From Planctomycetota bacterium (GTDB lineage: Bacteria; Planctomycetota; JAJSAM01; JAJVHW01): a DNA stretch of 64,000 bases. The translations under genes and the position numbers were made by a program. The notes under the pieces were generated by a model. The model was given only the letters and a program-made list of their open reading frames with translations, ran no database searches and was not told where the DNA came from. The stretch is from NCBI GenBank assembly GCA_965248445.1, contig CBDFJG010000003.1:785081-849080 (forward strand), read 5' to 3'. Below are positions 11,535 to 23,226 of the stretch, piece after piece (position 1 is the stretch's first letter; each line of letters opens with the position of its first letter).

Positions 11535-12692
11535 TCAGGAGACTTCGAGGTAGCGCCGCACGACGCCCTCGATGAACGCTGCTCCGATCGCGAGCGCATC
11601 CTCGTGCACGTCGAACTGCGGATGGTGATGCGGGAACGACGTCCGCGGCGTCCCGTCGGAGCCGCCGATGAACCCGAAGACACCGGGCACCTCGCGCAGG
11701 AGCAGGCTCATGTCCTCGCTGCCCATCGTGGGCCGGCAGTGCACGACGTTCTTCTTCCCCACGATCCCGACGGCGACCTCGCGCGCCAACTCGACCATGC
11801 CGGGGTCGTTCAGCAGCGACGGTAGGAAGCGGGTCCACTCGATCTCCGCCCGGGCGCCCAGACCGCGGCTGACATCCGTGACCAGGCGCTTGAACCGGCG
11901 CCCGACGCGCTTGCGCACCGCATCGTCGAACGTGCGCACCGTCCCGCGGAGCACGGCGTGCGGCGGGATGACGTTGAACGCGGTGCCGGCCTGCAGCGAG
12001 CCGACCGTGACCACCGCCGAGTCGCGCGGGTCGACGGATCGGGAGACGATCGTCTGCAGCGCCGTCACGACGTGGGCGGCAACGACGATCGGGTCCACTG
12101 AGTCGTGCGGATACGCCGCGTGACCGCCGCGCCCGTGCACGTGCACCTCGAACGTGTCGATGGCCGCCATCGTCGGCCCCTCGCGCAGCGCGATGCGGCC
12201 GACCTTCTCGGGCGACCAGACATGGACACCGACCGCCGCGTGCACGACCGGCCTCTTCAGCAGGCCCGCGTCGATGCACTGCCCCATTCCGTTCGCGCCT
12301 TCCTCGCCGGGCTGGAACAGCAGCTTCACGGCCCCGCGCTCGGGAGGCTCTGCCGCGAAACGGCGCGCCACCTCGACGAGGCCGGCGGCATGCACGTCGT
12401 GACCGCACGCGTGCATGACTCCGTCGTTCTGCGACGCGAACGGGAGGCCCGTCTGCTCGGTGACCGGCAACCCGTCGATGTCAGCTCGCGCGACGATCGT
12501 CTTGCCACGCTTCTTCCCGGAGACCGTCGCTGTGACGCCGGTGCCGGCGATCCGCTTCGGGCTGAGGCCGAGCAGACCAAGCCAGCCCTCGATCGCCGAG
12601 GCCGTCTCGGTCTCCTGCATCGAGAGTTCCGCGTGCGCGTGGAGGTGCCGGCGCAGTTCGACGAGCCCCGGGACCACCTGGCGCGGGCTCAC
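11535..12692 (-). CDS. M20D family amidohydrolase (aminoacylase/hippurate hydrolase-like)
   Basis: HACGHD and HAAG metal-binding motifs, PGEEG, and an M20 dimerisation domain. Its ATG overlaps the queD stop (ATGA). Confidence 0.85.
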   Translation of the reverse strand: MSPRQVVPGLVELRRHLHAHAELSMQETETASAIEGWLGLLGLSPKRIAGTGVTATVSGKKRGKTIVARADIDGLPVTEQTGLPFASQNDGVMHACGHDVHAAGLVEVARRFAAEPPERGAVKLLFQPGEEGANGMGQCIDAGLLKRPVVHAAVGVHVWSPEKVGRIALREGPTMAAIDTFEVHVHGRGGHAAYPHDSVDPIVVAAHVVTALQTIVSRSVDPRDSAVVTVGSLQAGTAFNVIPPHAVLRGTVRTFDDAVRKRVGRRFKRLVTDVSRGLGARAEIEWTRFLPSLLNDPGMVELAREVAVGIVGKKNVVHCRPTMGSEDMSLLLREVPGVFGFIGGSDGTPRTSFPHHHPQFDVHEDALAIGAAFIEGVVRRYLEVS

Positions 12693-13033
12693 AGATCACC
12701 CTTCCGGAGCGTCACCCACGAGTCCTCGGTCTCGAACAGCCGGACCTCGTTCAGCGGGAGATCCTCGAGCTGCCGCCAGATCCAGACGGCGACGTTCTCG
12801 GCGGACGGCATATCGAGGAGGCCGTTCAGGTCGCGATGATCGAGCCGGTCGATGACCCGCTCCTCAACCGTTGCCTTGAGGTCGTAGAAGTCCATCACCA
12901 GGCCGTCCTGGCGAATCGGACCCTCGACCGTGACCTCGAGCCGGTAACCGTGGCCGTGCGGCCGTTCGCACTTGCCCGGATACCCCGGCAGGTGGTGTGC
13001 AGCCTCGAATCGAAAGCGTTTGGTGACGCGCAT
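12689..13033 (-). CDS. queD: 6-carboxy-5,6,7,8-tetrahydropterin synthase (QueD / 6-pyruvoyl-tetrahydropterin synthase family)
   Basis: MRVTKRFRFEAAHHLPGYPGKCERPHGHGYRLEV contains the Cys plus His-x-His zinc and catalytic motifs typical of QueD. About 114 aa. Confidence 0.85.
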   Translation of the reverse strand: MRVTKRFRFEAAHHLPGYPGKCERPHGHGYRLEVTVEGPIRQDGLVMDFYDLKATVEERVIDRLDHRDLNGLLDMPSAENVAVWIWRQLEDLPLNEVRLFETEDSWVTLRKGDL

Positions 13034-13140
13034 GGCGGCGCAGAGTACCGAGACCGGCGCCCTTTTGCTCCGGGAACAGATCGGCGTCTCCAGTGCGTCA
13101 GCCGCAGCACCAACGGTCTCCACAGCGTCAGCTGTGGAAC

Positions 13141-13174
13141 CAGAAAAGAAGGCCCCGGCGTCTCCGCCGGGGCC
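13141..13174 (-). terminator. Rho-independent terminator downstream of the ferritin-like gene
   Basis: On the minus strand the element reads GGCCCCGGCG-GAGA-CGCCGGGGCC (10-bp perfect stem) followed by TTCTTTTCTG. It lies 26 nt past the stop at 13200. Confidence 0.55.
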
Positions 13175-13199
13175 CCCTCCCTTCCTGAGTCCGCCTTCG

Positions 13200-13688
13200 C
13201 TAGGCGGCCTCGGCCTCGGCCGCAGTGGCCTCGGCCTCCACCTTCCGGAGAGCGGTGAGGAGCTCGTCGCGGTGCGCGCGGCTCTCCTCGACCAGGATCT
13301 TCAGGAAGATCCGGCAAGAGCGGTCCGGCACCATGTCCGATGCGCGATCGCAGAACGTCCGCGCCTCCTCGGCCGTGCGTACCGCCATCCGCAGCACGGT
13401 CACGTAGTCGAGGTCGACGTCGCGGCCCATGTCCGCCAGAGCGGCGTGCATGGGAGAGACGTCGATCTGTATGTCGCCCAGCAGCGGTGTCGGGCACAGC
13501 TCCTTGCGGTGCTTGATCAGGATCTTCCGCTGGTCCTTCTCGTCCTGCCCCATCCGACGGAACCAGCGCCGCTGGTCCACGTCTTCCAGACGGTCTGCGA
13601 CTCGGGTGTAGAACCCGAACGCGATCTCCTTCTCGCGCGCCATCCGATCCAGGATCGCGCGTACCCGTGCAGCCTCGACCGAGCCCAT
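13200..13688 (-). CDS. Hypothetical ferritin-like/rubrerythrin-like four-helix-bundle protein
   Basis: 162 aa with helical, paired E/H/D-rich segments (EEARTFCDRASD, EESRAHRDEL). It carries its own terminator. Confidence 0.45.
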   Translation of the reverse strand: MGSVEAARVRAILDRMAREKEIAFGFYTRVADRLEDVDQRRWFRRMGQDEKDQRKILIKHRKELCPTPLLGDIQIDVSPMHAALADMGRDVDLDYVTVLRMAVRTAEEARTFCDRASDMVPDRSCRIFLKILVEESRAHRDELLTALRKVEAEATAAEAEAA

Positions 13689-13800
13689 ACCCCATGCCCT
13701 CCTTGGTGAGTCGCCGATCAGCCATGTCCCAACAACATGCCCGGTGCCAATCAGCGTGCCCCGAGGATGCTACGAAGTGTCAGTTGACTGTCAAGGGGGG

Positions 13801-13818
13801 TGTCACGATTTGGTGACA
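13801..13818. promoter_or_regulatory. Inverted repeat TGTCAC-N6-GTGACA in the promoter region of the ferritin-like gene
   Basis: Seen in the sequence between the nuoN stop and the ferritin-like gene start. It is a candidate operator. Confidence 0.25.
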
Positions 13819-13886
13819 TCGTCAGCGCCGCATGACAGACCGGCAGCGGCTTGTTGCTGCAGGTTCACGGCCCGGCGGTGAGACGG

Positions 13887-15401
13887 CTAGCGCGGCAGCT
13901 GAGACGGGAAACCGAGGCCGCGGGCGATCTCGGCCGTGCCATCGGCCAGCATCCCCGGCGCGAGACCGGCCAGGATGAGCAGGGCCACTGAGACCGCCAG
14001 GGCGATCTTCATCCGGCCGGCGGCGGCAGGCGTCGCGGGACTGCGCGCGTCTCGCATGTAGATACGCTTCACGACCGCGAGGTAGTAGTAGAGCGCGATC
14101 ACGACGTTGATCAGGCCGGCCACGGCGAGCCAGCGCAGGCTCGGCCGGCCGAACGCCGACCCCACCAGCATGAACTTGCCGAAGAAGCCGAGGAACGGCG
14201 GCACACCGGCGAGGGACAGCAGCGCCACGGTCAGAGAGGCGCCGAGGAGCGGGCTCTTGCGGGCCAGTCCCGAGTAGTCCTCGATCTCGTGGCTCCCGGT
14301 CGCCCGCGAGACGGCGATGATCACGCCGAACGCAAGCAGGTTCGTGATCACGTACGCGGCCATGTAGACGAGCGCCCCGGAGATGCCCGTCTCCCAGGAG
14401 GCCGCGATGCCGAGCAGGATGTACCCGCACTGGCCGATCGACGAGTAGCCCATCAGCCGCTTGATGTTCGACTGCGGCAGCGCTCCGAGGTTTCCGTAGA
14501 AGAGCGTCAGCGCCGCCACGAGCGCGAGGAACGGCGTCAGGGACGCCATCAACGCGCTCGCGTGATTCGAGACCTCGAGGATGCGGATCATCAGCACGAA
14601 GCCCGCGAGCTTCGAACCGACTGACAGGTAGGCGGTGACGGGCGTGGGCGCGCCCTGATAGACGTCCGGCACCCAGACGTGGAGCGGCACCGCCGACGTC
14701 TTGAACCCGAGGCCGATGAACACCAGCATCACGCCGATCAGCAGCTCGTTCGAGACAACGAGGTCGCCGCTCGCCAACAGCTGGCGCAGGCCGGTGTGGA
14801 TCACCTCGCCCGTCTCGGAGTCCGTCAGCGTGTCGAAGAATACCGTGCCGGTCGCGCCGTATACGAACGCGATGCCGTAGAGCAGAACCGCGGCCGAGAG
14901 CGATCCGATCACGAGCAGCTTGAGTCCCGCCTCCACGGAGATCGAGCTCTCGCGCTTGAATGCGGCGAGCACGAAAAACGAGACGGTGACGACCTCGAGC
15001 GCGACGAACAACGACATGAAGTCGTTCACGCTCGCGCAGAACATCATGCCGACCATCGCGAGGAGGCCGAGCGTGTAGAACTCGCCCTGCCCGCGCGGCA
15101 GATCCCGCACGTACTCGCGTGACATCAGGAACACGAGGAACGCAGCGACCGCGAACGCGCGCTTGAACCAGAGCGCGAGCGGGTCGAGCACGAACGAGCC
15201 GCCCAGCGCCGACATCCCCTCTCCGGAGGCTGCGTCGGCGATTGCCGGGATGAACGTCGAGAGGAACACGATGACAGTCGCGGCGACCGCGGCGCCCCAG
15301 AGCACCGTCTTGCGCTCCCGCGGCAGCCAGAGGTCCCAGAGCATGACCCCGAGCGCCAGGGCGCACGCGAGGATCTCGGGGAGGAGCAGCTGGAGATTCA
15401 C
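13887..15401 (-). CDS. nuoN: NADH-quinone oxidoreductase subunit N
   Basis: Polytopic antiporter-like subunit at the last position of the operon. A GTG start (VNLQLLLPEIL) was chosen over the upstream in-frame ATG. Confidence 0.9.
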   Translation of the reverse strand: MNLQLLLPEILACALALGVMLWDLWLPRERKTVLWGAAVAATVIVFLSTFIPAIADAASGEGMSALGGSFVLDPLALWFKRAFAVAAFLVFLMSREYVRDLPRGQGEFYTLGLLAMVGMMFCASVNDFMSLFVALEVVTVSFFVLAAFKRESSISVEAGLKLLVIGSLSAAVLLYGIAFVYGATGTVFFDTLTDSETGEVIHTGLRQLLASGDLVVSNELLIGVMLVFIGLGFKTSAVPLHVWVPDVYQGAPTPVTAYLSVGSKLAGFVLMIRILEVSNHASALMASLTPFLALVAALTLFYGNLGALPQSNIKRLMGYSSIGQCGYILLGIAASWETGISGALVYMAAYVITNLLAFGVIIAVSRATGSHEIEDYSGLARKSPLLGASLTVALLSLAGVPPFLGFFGKFMLVGSAFGRPSLRWLAVAGLINVVIALYYYLAVVKRIYMRDARSPATPAAAGRMKIALAVSVALLILAGLAPGMLADGTAEIARGLGFPSQLPR

Positions 15402-15402
15402 G

Positions 15403-16982
15403 TCAGCGCTCCCTCTCCGCGCGCCCCGACTCCCGTTCGGCACGCGCCTGCTGCGCCTTGGCGATCTTCTCCACGATCGGCGTGATGGCCGGCTCGATCA
15501 TTCGCGTGATCGGCCGCGGCCAGAAGCCGAAGAAGAGCAGCACCACCAGAAGGATGACGAACGGCGCGCGCTGGAAGATGCCGCGAGCGTCCTCGAGCTT
15601 GTCCCACTTCTCGTTGCGCGGGCCGAAGAACACGTCGCGCAGCGCCCGCAGGAGGTACACGGCCGTGATCACGACCCCGAACACGGCGATCACCGCGTGC
15701 CACTCGTACCCGGCCTGCCAGGCACCGACCATGACCATGAACTCGCTCACGAAGTTGGCGAAGCCGGGCACGCCGGCGCTCGCCATCGTCGCGAGCGCGA
15801 AGCACGTGGCCACCCACGGCATCTGGTGTGCCAGCCCGCCGAGGTCCGAGATCTTGCGCGTGTGCGTCTGGTCGTAGAAGAAGCCAATCAGCCCGAAGCA
15901 AAGGGCCGTCATGACACCGTGCGCGAACATCAGGAACACCGCGCCGGAGACGCCAATCACCGTCACGGAGGCGATGCCGAGCAGCGTGTATCCCATGTGC
16001 GACGACGACGAGAAGCCGATGACGTACTTGATGTCCTTCTGCGCCATCGCCACGTAGCCGCCGTACACGATGTTCGCGAGGGCGATCAGCGCGACCCAGG
16101 GGAGCCAGGTCACGGCGCCGTCGGGCAGCGTCGGGAACGCCACGCGGAGGATCGCGAACGAGCCCAGCTTCATGAGCACGCCGGCGTGCATCATCGAACC
16201 GGCGGCCGGCGCGGCGGCGTGGCCGATGGGACTCCACGTGTGCAGCGGCCACATCGGGATGATGGCCGCGAACCCGACGAACAGGAATGCGAACGCCGTG
16301 TTCTGGAAGCCGAGCGTGAAGAAACCGGCGTCCGACGCCGCGATGACGTGATCCAGGTTGAACGACGGAAGCGCGGCCGGGTCGAGTGACTGCCGGTACT
16401 CCCACGTCTTGAAGTACAGGAGCAGCAGGCCGATGAGCGCGACCAGCGCGCCAGCCGTCAGGTAGAGCGTCAGCTTCATCGCCGCGTACTCGCGGTCCTT
16501 CGGGCTGCCCCACACGCCGATCAGCAGGTACATCGGCACGACGGCCAGCTCGAACGCGAAGTACATGAAGAATAGATCGCGCACGATGAACACGCCGAAC
16601 ACGCCGGTGCCGAGCGCCAGGAACAGGATGAAGAACTCCTTCACGCGATCGCGGATGGCGTGGCTGCTCACCAGCACGCCCGTGAACATCACGATCGAGT
16701 TGAGGAGCACCATCGCGACGCCGATGCCGTCGATGCCGACCGCCCACGTGATCCCGATGCTCTCGACCCACGGCCGCACCGCGACTCCGGCGGTGTACTC
16801 CGCGAGCGCCGCCTCGCCGTTCGTCCCGAGGGCCATGTTGAAGAAGTACGCGGCGATGCCGAGACAGGCGGCGCCGGCGAGCGCCGCGACCGCCTTGATG
16901 GCCTTGTCCTGCTCGGCGGGGAGGAGCACCACGACGACCGTGGCGACCATTGGGATGACGACCAGCAGTGTGAGCAGGTCCA

Positions 16983-16983
<1 letters not shown>
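15403..16983 (-). CDS. nuoM: NADH-quinone oxidoreductase subunit M
   Basis: 526-aa antiporter-like subunit. Its start overlaps the nuoL stop (TGATG). Confidence 0.95.
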
Positions 16984-18985
<2,002 letters not shown>

Positions 18986-18986
<1 letters not shown>

Positions 18987-19306
18987 CAGCCCCGCAACTC
19001 CGTCGCGTCATCGAGGGACACGCCGCCCTTGACGCGGTTCAGCGCGATGATGATCGCCAGCGCGACAGCGGCCTCGGCGGCCGCCACGGCGATGATGAAG
19101 AACACGAACACCTGGCCCTGCAGGTTGCCGTGGTGCCGGCTGAACGCGACGAACGCGAGGTTCGCGCCGTTCAGCATCAGCTCGAGGCTCATCAGGATGA
19201 TGACCGTGTTCCGCCGCGTGACGACGCCGAACAGTCCCGTCGCGAAGATGAGCGCCGAGAGAACGATGTAGTGCGCGGTGGTGATCTCGGCGAGGAGGAG
19301 GCTCAT
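18986..19306 (-). CDS. nuoK: NADH-quinone oxidoreductase subunit K
   Basis: 106 aa with 3 TM helices; the conserved nuoK sequence is MSLLLAEITTAHYIVLSALIFATGLFGV. Confidence 0.95.
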
Positions 19307-19869
19307 ACCAGCTTCCTCTTGGTCAGGACCACGGCGCCGAGGATCGCCACGAGCAGCAGTACCGACGCCAGCTCGAACGGCAGGAGGTGCGCGTTGAAGA
19401 GCTGGTCCGCGATCGGGAGGACGGCGCCCTCGAGCAGCTTCTCGCCGCCGGTGCGCGCAAGGATCGACGCCTCGTCACCGCCTTCGGTCCAGAGCACCCC
19501 GCCCGTGACGGTGGCCACGATGAGCGCGACGAAGAGAACGCCGGCCGCCATGCCAAGAGACACCTGCGTGAGCTTGTCGATCCGCATCAGCCCGCTCGGA
19601 GTCAGGTTCAGCAGCATGATCACGAACAGGAACAGGATCATGATCGCGCCGGCGTAGACGAGGATCTGGATGATGCCGATGAAGCCGGCGTCCATGCCCA
19701 GGAAGAGCACGGACATGCCGCCGAACGCGGCGACGAGCCAGAGCACGCTCGCCACCGCATTGCGGCGCGAGACGGCCATCATCCCGCCCGTCAGCGCAAG
19801 CGCTCCCCCCAACCAGAACGTCCAAGGATCCAACTCTTCGTCTTCCTTCGCGGTCTCCCGCTTCACCCG
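19303..19869 (-). CDS. nuoJ: NADH-quinone oxidoreductase subunit J
   Basis: IQILVYAGAIMILFLFVIMLLNL matches the NuoJ core. The start is uncertain (GTG at 19869, or TTG/ATG further downstream). The upstream part of ORF 19303..20310 overlaps nuoI and was rejected. Confidence 0.85.
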   Translation of the reverse strand, partial: RVKRETAKEDEELDPWTFWLGGALALTGGMMAVSRRNAVASVLWLVAAFGGMSVLFLGMDAGFIGIIQILVYAGAIMILFLFVIMLLNLTPSGLMRIDKLTQVSLGMAAGVLFVALIVATVTGGVLWTEGGDEASILARTGGEKLLEGAVLPIADQLFNAHLLPFELASVLLLVAILGAVVLTKRKLV

Positions 19870-19904
19870 CGCCCCGATGCCCTCGGGGGCTGCCTCTTCG
19901 CGGC

Positions 19905-20459
19905 CTAGGTCAGGCCCTGTTCCTCTTGCTCGCGCTCGAGCTTCTCCCACTTGCGTGTGGCGTTGCGCACCCCTCCGTCCGGACCGAGCGTCTTGCCGAT
20001 CTCGTAGAGCTTCTCCATGTCGAAGATCATCTCCTCGCGGGTCTGGCCGCAGATCTCGTACTCCTTCGACATGAAGATCGCTTCCTCGGGGCACACCTCT
20101 TCGCAGTAGCCGCAGAAGATGCACCGGAGCATGTCGATGTCGAACACCTCGGCAGCCTTCTCGACGACGCCGTCGATCTGCTTCGGGATGATCGAGATCG
20201 CGCGCGGCGGGCAGACGTACTCGCAGAGCGAGCAGGCGACGCACTTCTCGCGGTCGGCGTGGTCCTTCACGAGGACCGGCACGCCGCGATAGAACGACGG
20301 CAGCGTCCACTTCTCCTCCGGGTACTGCATGGTGGTCTTCTCGTGATGACCCGTGCCGAGCAGGTGGGCCATCGTGTGCTTCATGCCCATCAGGATCGCG
20401 GGCAGATAGAGCCGCTCCGAGAGCGTCAATTCGCGACGTTCGACCTTCACGTACGCCAT
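19905..20459 (-). CDS. nuoI: NADH-quinone oxidoreductase subunit I (2x[4Fe-4S] ferredoxin)
   Basis: Two CxxCxxCxxxCP motifs (CVACSLCEYVCP and CIFCGYCEEVCP). Internal start MAYVKVERREL. It shares 1 nt with the nuoH stop (TAATG). Confidence 0.95.
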   Translation of the reverse strand: MAYVKVERRELTLSERLYLPAILMGMKHTMAHLLGTGHHEKTTMQYPEEKWTLPSFYRGVPVLVKDHADREKCVACSLCEYVCPPRAISIIPKQIDGVVEKAAEVFDIDMLRCIFCGYCEEVCPEEAIFMSKEYEICGQTREEMIFDMEKLYEIGKTLGPDGGVRNATRKWEKLEREQEEQGLT

Positions 20460-21628
20460 TACGCCATCCCCCGAACGAGCGCCACGCCGATCACAGTGAG
20501 CAACACCCACGCCAGCGTCAGCGGGAACAGCCGCTTCCATCCCAGCGTCATCAGCTGGTCGTAGCGGAAGCGCGGCAGCGTCCACCTCACCCAGATGAAG
20601 AAGAAGAGGAGGGCGAACAACTTCGCGCCGAAGATCGCGGCGTGGAGGTGCATCTCCACGAGCGATGCCCAGTTGTACCAAGTGGGGTGCTCGGCGCCGT
20701 ACGAGACGACCCAGTCGCTCATCAGGTTCTCGAGGCCGAACAGCGTCCAGCCGCCCAGGTACATGACGATGAACAGCGACGAGATCGCGACCATCGCCGC
20801 GTACTCACCGAGGAAGAACAGCGCGAACTTCATCGAGGAGTACTCGGCGTGATACCCGGCAGCGAGTTCGGACTCGGCCTCCGGCATGTCGAACGGGTGA
20901 CGGTTGGTCTCTGCGAACCCGGCGATCATGAAGACCAGCGCGCCGATCGGCTGCTTGAAGATGTTCCAGTCGAAGAACGTCGTCCACTCGCCGACCATTC
21001 GCGCGTTCTCACCGCTCCCGACGAACCAGCCGTCGGTTTGCATGGCCACTACGTCGGTCAGACGCAGCGTGCCGGCGATGATGAACACACCGAGCGCCGA
21101 CAGACCGAGCGCGATCTCGTACGAGATCATCTGTGCGGTCGCGCGCACGGCGCCCAGCAACGGGAACTTGCTGTTGCTCGCCCAGCCGCCGAGCGAGATG
21201 GAGTACACGTGCAGTGAGCTGAACGCGAAGCACGCGAGAAACGCGGTGTCCACGTTGGAGATCCACAGGTTCTTCCCGAACGGGATGAACGCGAGCACCA
21301 CCATCGGCGGGATGACCGCGAGGGCCGGCGCCAGCAGGAAGATCGGCTTGTTGACGTGCCCCGGCAGCACGTCCTCCTTGAAGATGAACTTCGCGAGGTC
21401 GGCGAACGATTGGAGGATTCCGAACGGACCCACTCGGTTGGGTCCCAGCCGATCCTGAATGAACGCGGCGCCACGGCGCTCGAGCCAGACGAGGCCCGAG
21501 ACCATCAGCGGCACCACGTTGCCGATCGTCAGGACGAGGATCAGCGACCGCACGACGGGGTTCTCGGCGAGCCACTCGGAGAGCGACGCGAACATGCCCG
21601 CGGACTCGGCGGCGAACAGCGCGTTCAC
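20459..21628 (-). CDS. nuoH: NADH-quinone oxidoreductase subunit H
   Basis: ND1-like polytopic protein. The GTG start forms a GTGA overlap with the nuoG stop; an alternative ATG lies at 21595. The ~300-codon Arg-rich 5' extension of the ORF was rejected. Confidence 0.9.
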   Translation of the reverse strand: MNALFAAESAGMFASLSEWLAENPVVRSLILVLTIGNVVPLMVSGLVWLERRGAAFIQDRLGPNRVGPFGILQSFADLAKFIFKEDVLPGHVNKPIFLLAPALAVIPPMVVLAFIPFGKNLWISNVDTAFLACFAFSSLHVYSISLGGWASNSKFPLLGAVRATAQMISYEIALGLSALGVFIIAGTLRLTDVVAMQTDGWFVGSGENARMVGEWTTFFDWNIFKQPIGALVFMIAGFAETNRHPFDMPEAESELAAGYHAEYSSMKFALFFLGEYAAMVAISSLFIVMYLGGWTLFGLENLMSDWVVSYGAEHPTWYNWASLVEMHLHAAIFGAKLFALLFFFIWVRWTLPRFRYDQLMTLGWKRLFPLTLAWVLLTVIGVALVRGMA

Positions 21629-23226
21629 GCGATGCCCCCGTCGGTGGAGACCGGCGCGGGAACAGGTGCGGGGAGCTGCTTGCCCAGTGGTCCCAGGCGG
21701 CCGAGCGTCATGCCGGCGAACGCGGGAACGTCGTCCCCCATCGCTTGCAGGACGGCGTCGGCCGACCGTGGCGGATCTTCGCCCGTCAGCCGCGCGAGCA
21801 GCGAGCCGAGGATGCGCCAGTCCGGGCGCGCGTCGCCCGGCGGCGTCACGACGGGCTGGATGCGCTGCGCACGGCCGTCCACGTTGGTGAACGAGCCGTC
21901 CTTCTCGAACGCGGTCAGACCCGGCAGCACGACGGTCGCCGCCTTCTGGATCGTCTCCGTCTCGTGGAAGTCGGTCACCAGCACGAAGTCCATCGCCGCG
22001 AGCGCCTGCACCGCGGCGGGATCGTCGTCCATGTCCTCGCCGCAGAGGAACACCGCCTTGAAGCCGCCGCCGGCCAGCGCGCCGAGACCGCGGCCGCCGT
22101 CCTGCGGCGCGATCCCCATCAGCTTCGCACCCGCTGTGTTCGGGTTGCCGTCGCCGGTGCGCAGGATGTCGTCGGAGGGCCACGCGCGCGGCTTCGTGTC
22201 GCGATGCGGCGTCCCGAGTTCGTCGAGGATCCGGCGGCTGAGCCACAACTCCTCGTTCGTGAGGCGCGCCGACACGATCGCGAGCAGGTCGGCACCCGCC
22301 GCTCGCAGGCCGTCGGCGGCCGCGGCGAACGCCTCGTCCCACGTCGTCTCGACGAGTTCGCCGTCCTTGCGCACCATCGGCGCACCAAGACGATCGTCCG
22401 CCTCGACGTACTTGAAGTTCAGGCGTCCCGCGTCGCACATCCACCACTGGTTGACGTCCGCGTTCTCCGCAGGCACGAGACGCAGGATGCGGTTCCAGCG
22501 CGTCCCGGCGGTGACGTTGCAGCCACGCGAGCACGACGGGCACACGGTGCGCTTCTGGTCGATGAACCAGACGCGGCTCTTGAAGCGGAAGTCCGTCGAC
22601 GTGAGAGCCCCGACCGGGCAGATGTCGATGGTGTTCATCTGGTAGGGGTTCTTCATCTCGTCACCGCGGGCCACGGCGATCTCGTTGCGGTCGCCACGAT
22701 TCACGACGTCAAGCTCGTCCTCGCCCGCGATCTCCTCGCAGAACCGGACGCAGCGCGTGCAGAGGATGCAGCGCTCCGCGTCGAACATCACCTTGTCGGA
22801 GAACTCCACGTTCTTGGGCTTGTGGACCTTCGGGAAGTCGAAGCGCGAGCCGTCGGTTCCGAACTCGAAGCTGTACTCCTGCAGCTTGCACTCGCCGGCC
22901 TGGTCGCAGATCGGGCAGTCGAGCGGGTGGTTGATGAGCAGGAGTTCCATCACGTCCTGGCGTGCCTGCTTCGCCGGGTCGGACTGCGTCCACACCTGCA
23001 TGCCCTCGCTGACGGGCAGGTTGCACGAGATCACGGTTTGGCGACCGCGGCCCGTGTCGACCTCGACCATGCAGATGCGGCAATTGCCGGCGACGGTCAG
23101 GCCCGGGTGCCAGCAGTAGTGCGGCACGTCGCCGCCCATCTCGCGCACGGCCTCGATGACGAGCGTACCCTTCGCGACCTCGACCTCGCGGCCGTCGACG
23201 ATCAGCTTGACGGTGCCGTCGGACAT
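21625..23226 (-). CDS. nuoG: NADH-quinone oxidoreductase subunit G (short form, 533 aa)
   Basis: N-terminal 2Fe-2S region (CWHPGLTVAGNCRIC), a 4Fe-4S region (CPICDQAGEC, CILCTRCVRFC) and a molybdopterin-like domain. It lacks the long C-terminal extension seen in the E. coli type. Confidence 0.95.
   Translation of the reverse strand: MSDGTVKLIVDGREVEVAKGTLVIEAVREMGGDVPHYCWHPGLTVAGNCRICMVEVDTGRGRQTVISCNLPVSEGMQVWTQSDPAKQARQDVMELLLINHPLDCPICDQAGECKLQEYSFEFGTDGSRFDFPKVHKPKNVEFSDKVMFDAERCILCTRCVRFCEEIAGEDELDVVNRGDRNEIAVARGDEMKNPYQMNTIDICPVGALTSTDFRFKSRVWFIDQKRTVCPSCSRGCNVTAGTRWNRILRLVPAENADVNQWWMCDAGRLNFKYVEADDRLGAPMVRKDGELVETTWDEAFAAAADGLRAAGADLLAIVSARLTNEELWLSRRILDELGTPHRDTKPRAWPSDDILRTGDGNPNTAGAKLMGIAPQDGGRGLGALAGGGFKAVFLCGEDMDDDPAAVQALAAMDFVLVTDFHETETIQKAATVVLPGLTAFEKDGSFTNVDGRAQRIQPVVTPPGDARPDWRILGSLLARLTGEDPPRSADAVLQAMGDDVPAFAGMTLGRLGPLGKQLPAPVPAPVSTDGGIA

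Noticed and set aside
21629-22543. 305-codon N-terminal extension of the nuoH ORF
   Set aside because: It is Arg-rich and overlaps nuoG in another frame. The GTG at 21628 gives the canonical NuoH length and forms a GTGA overlap with the nuoG stop.
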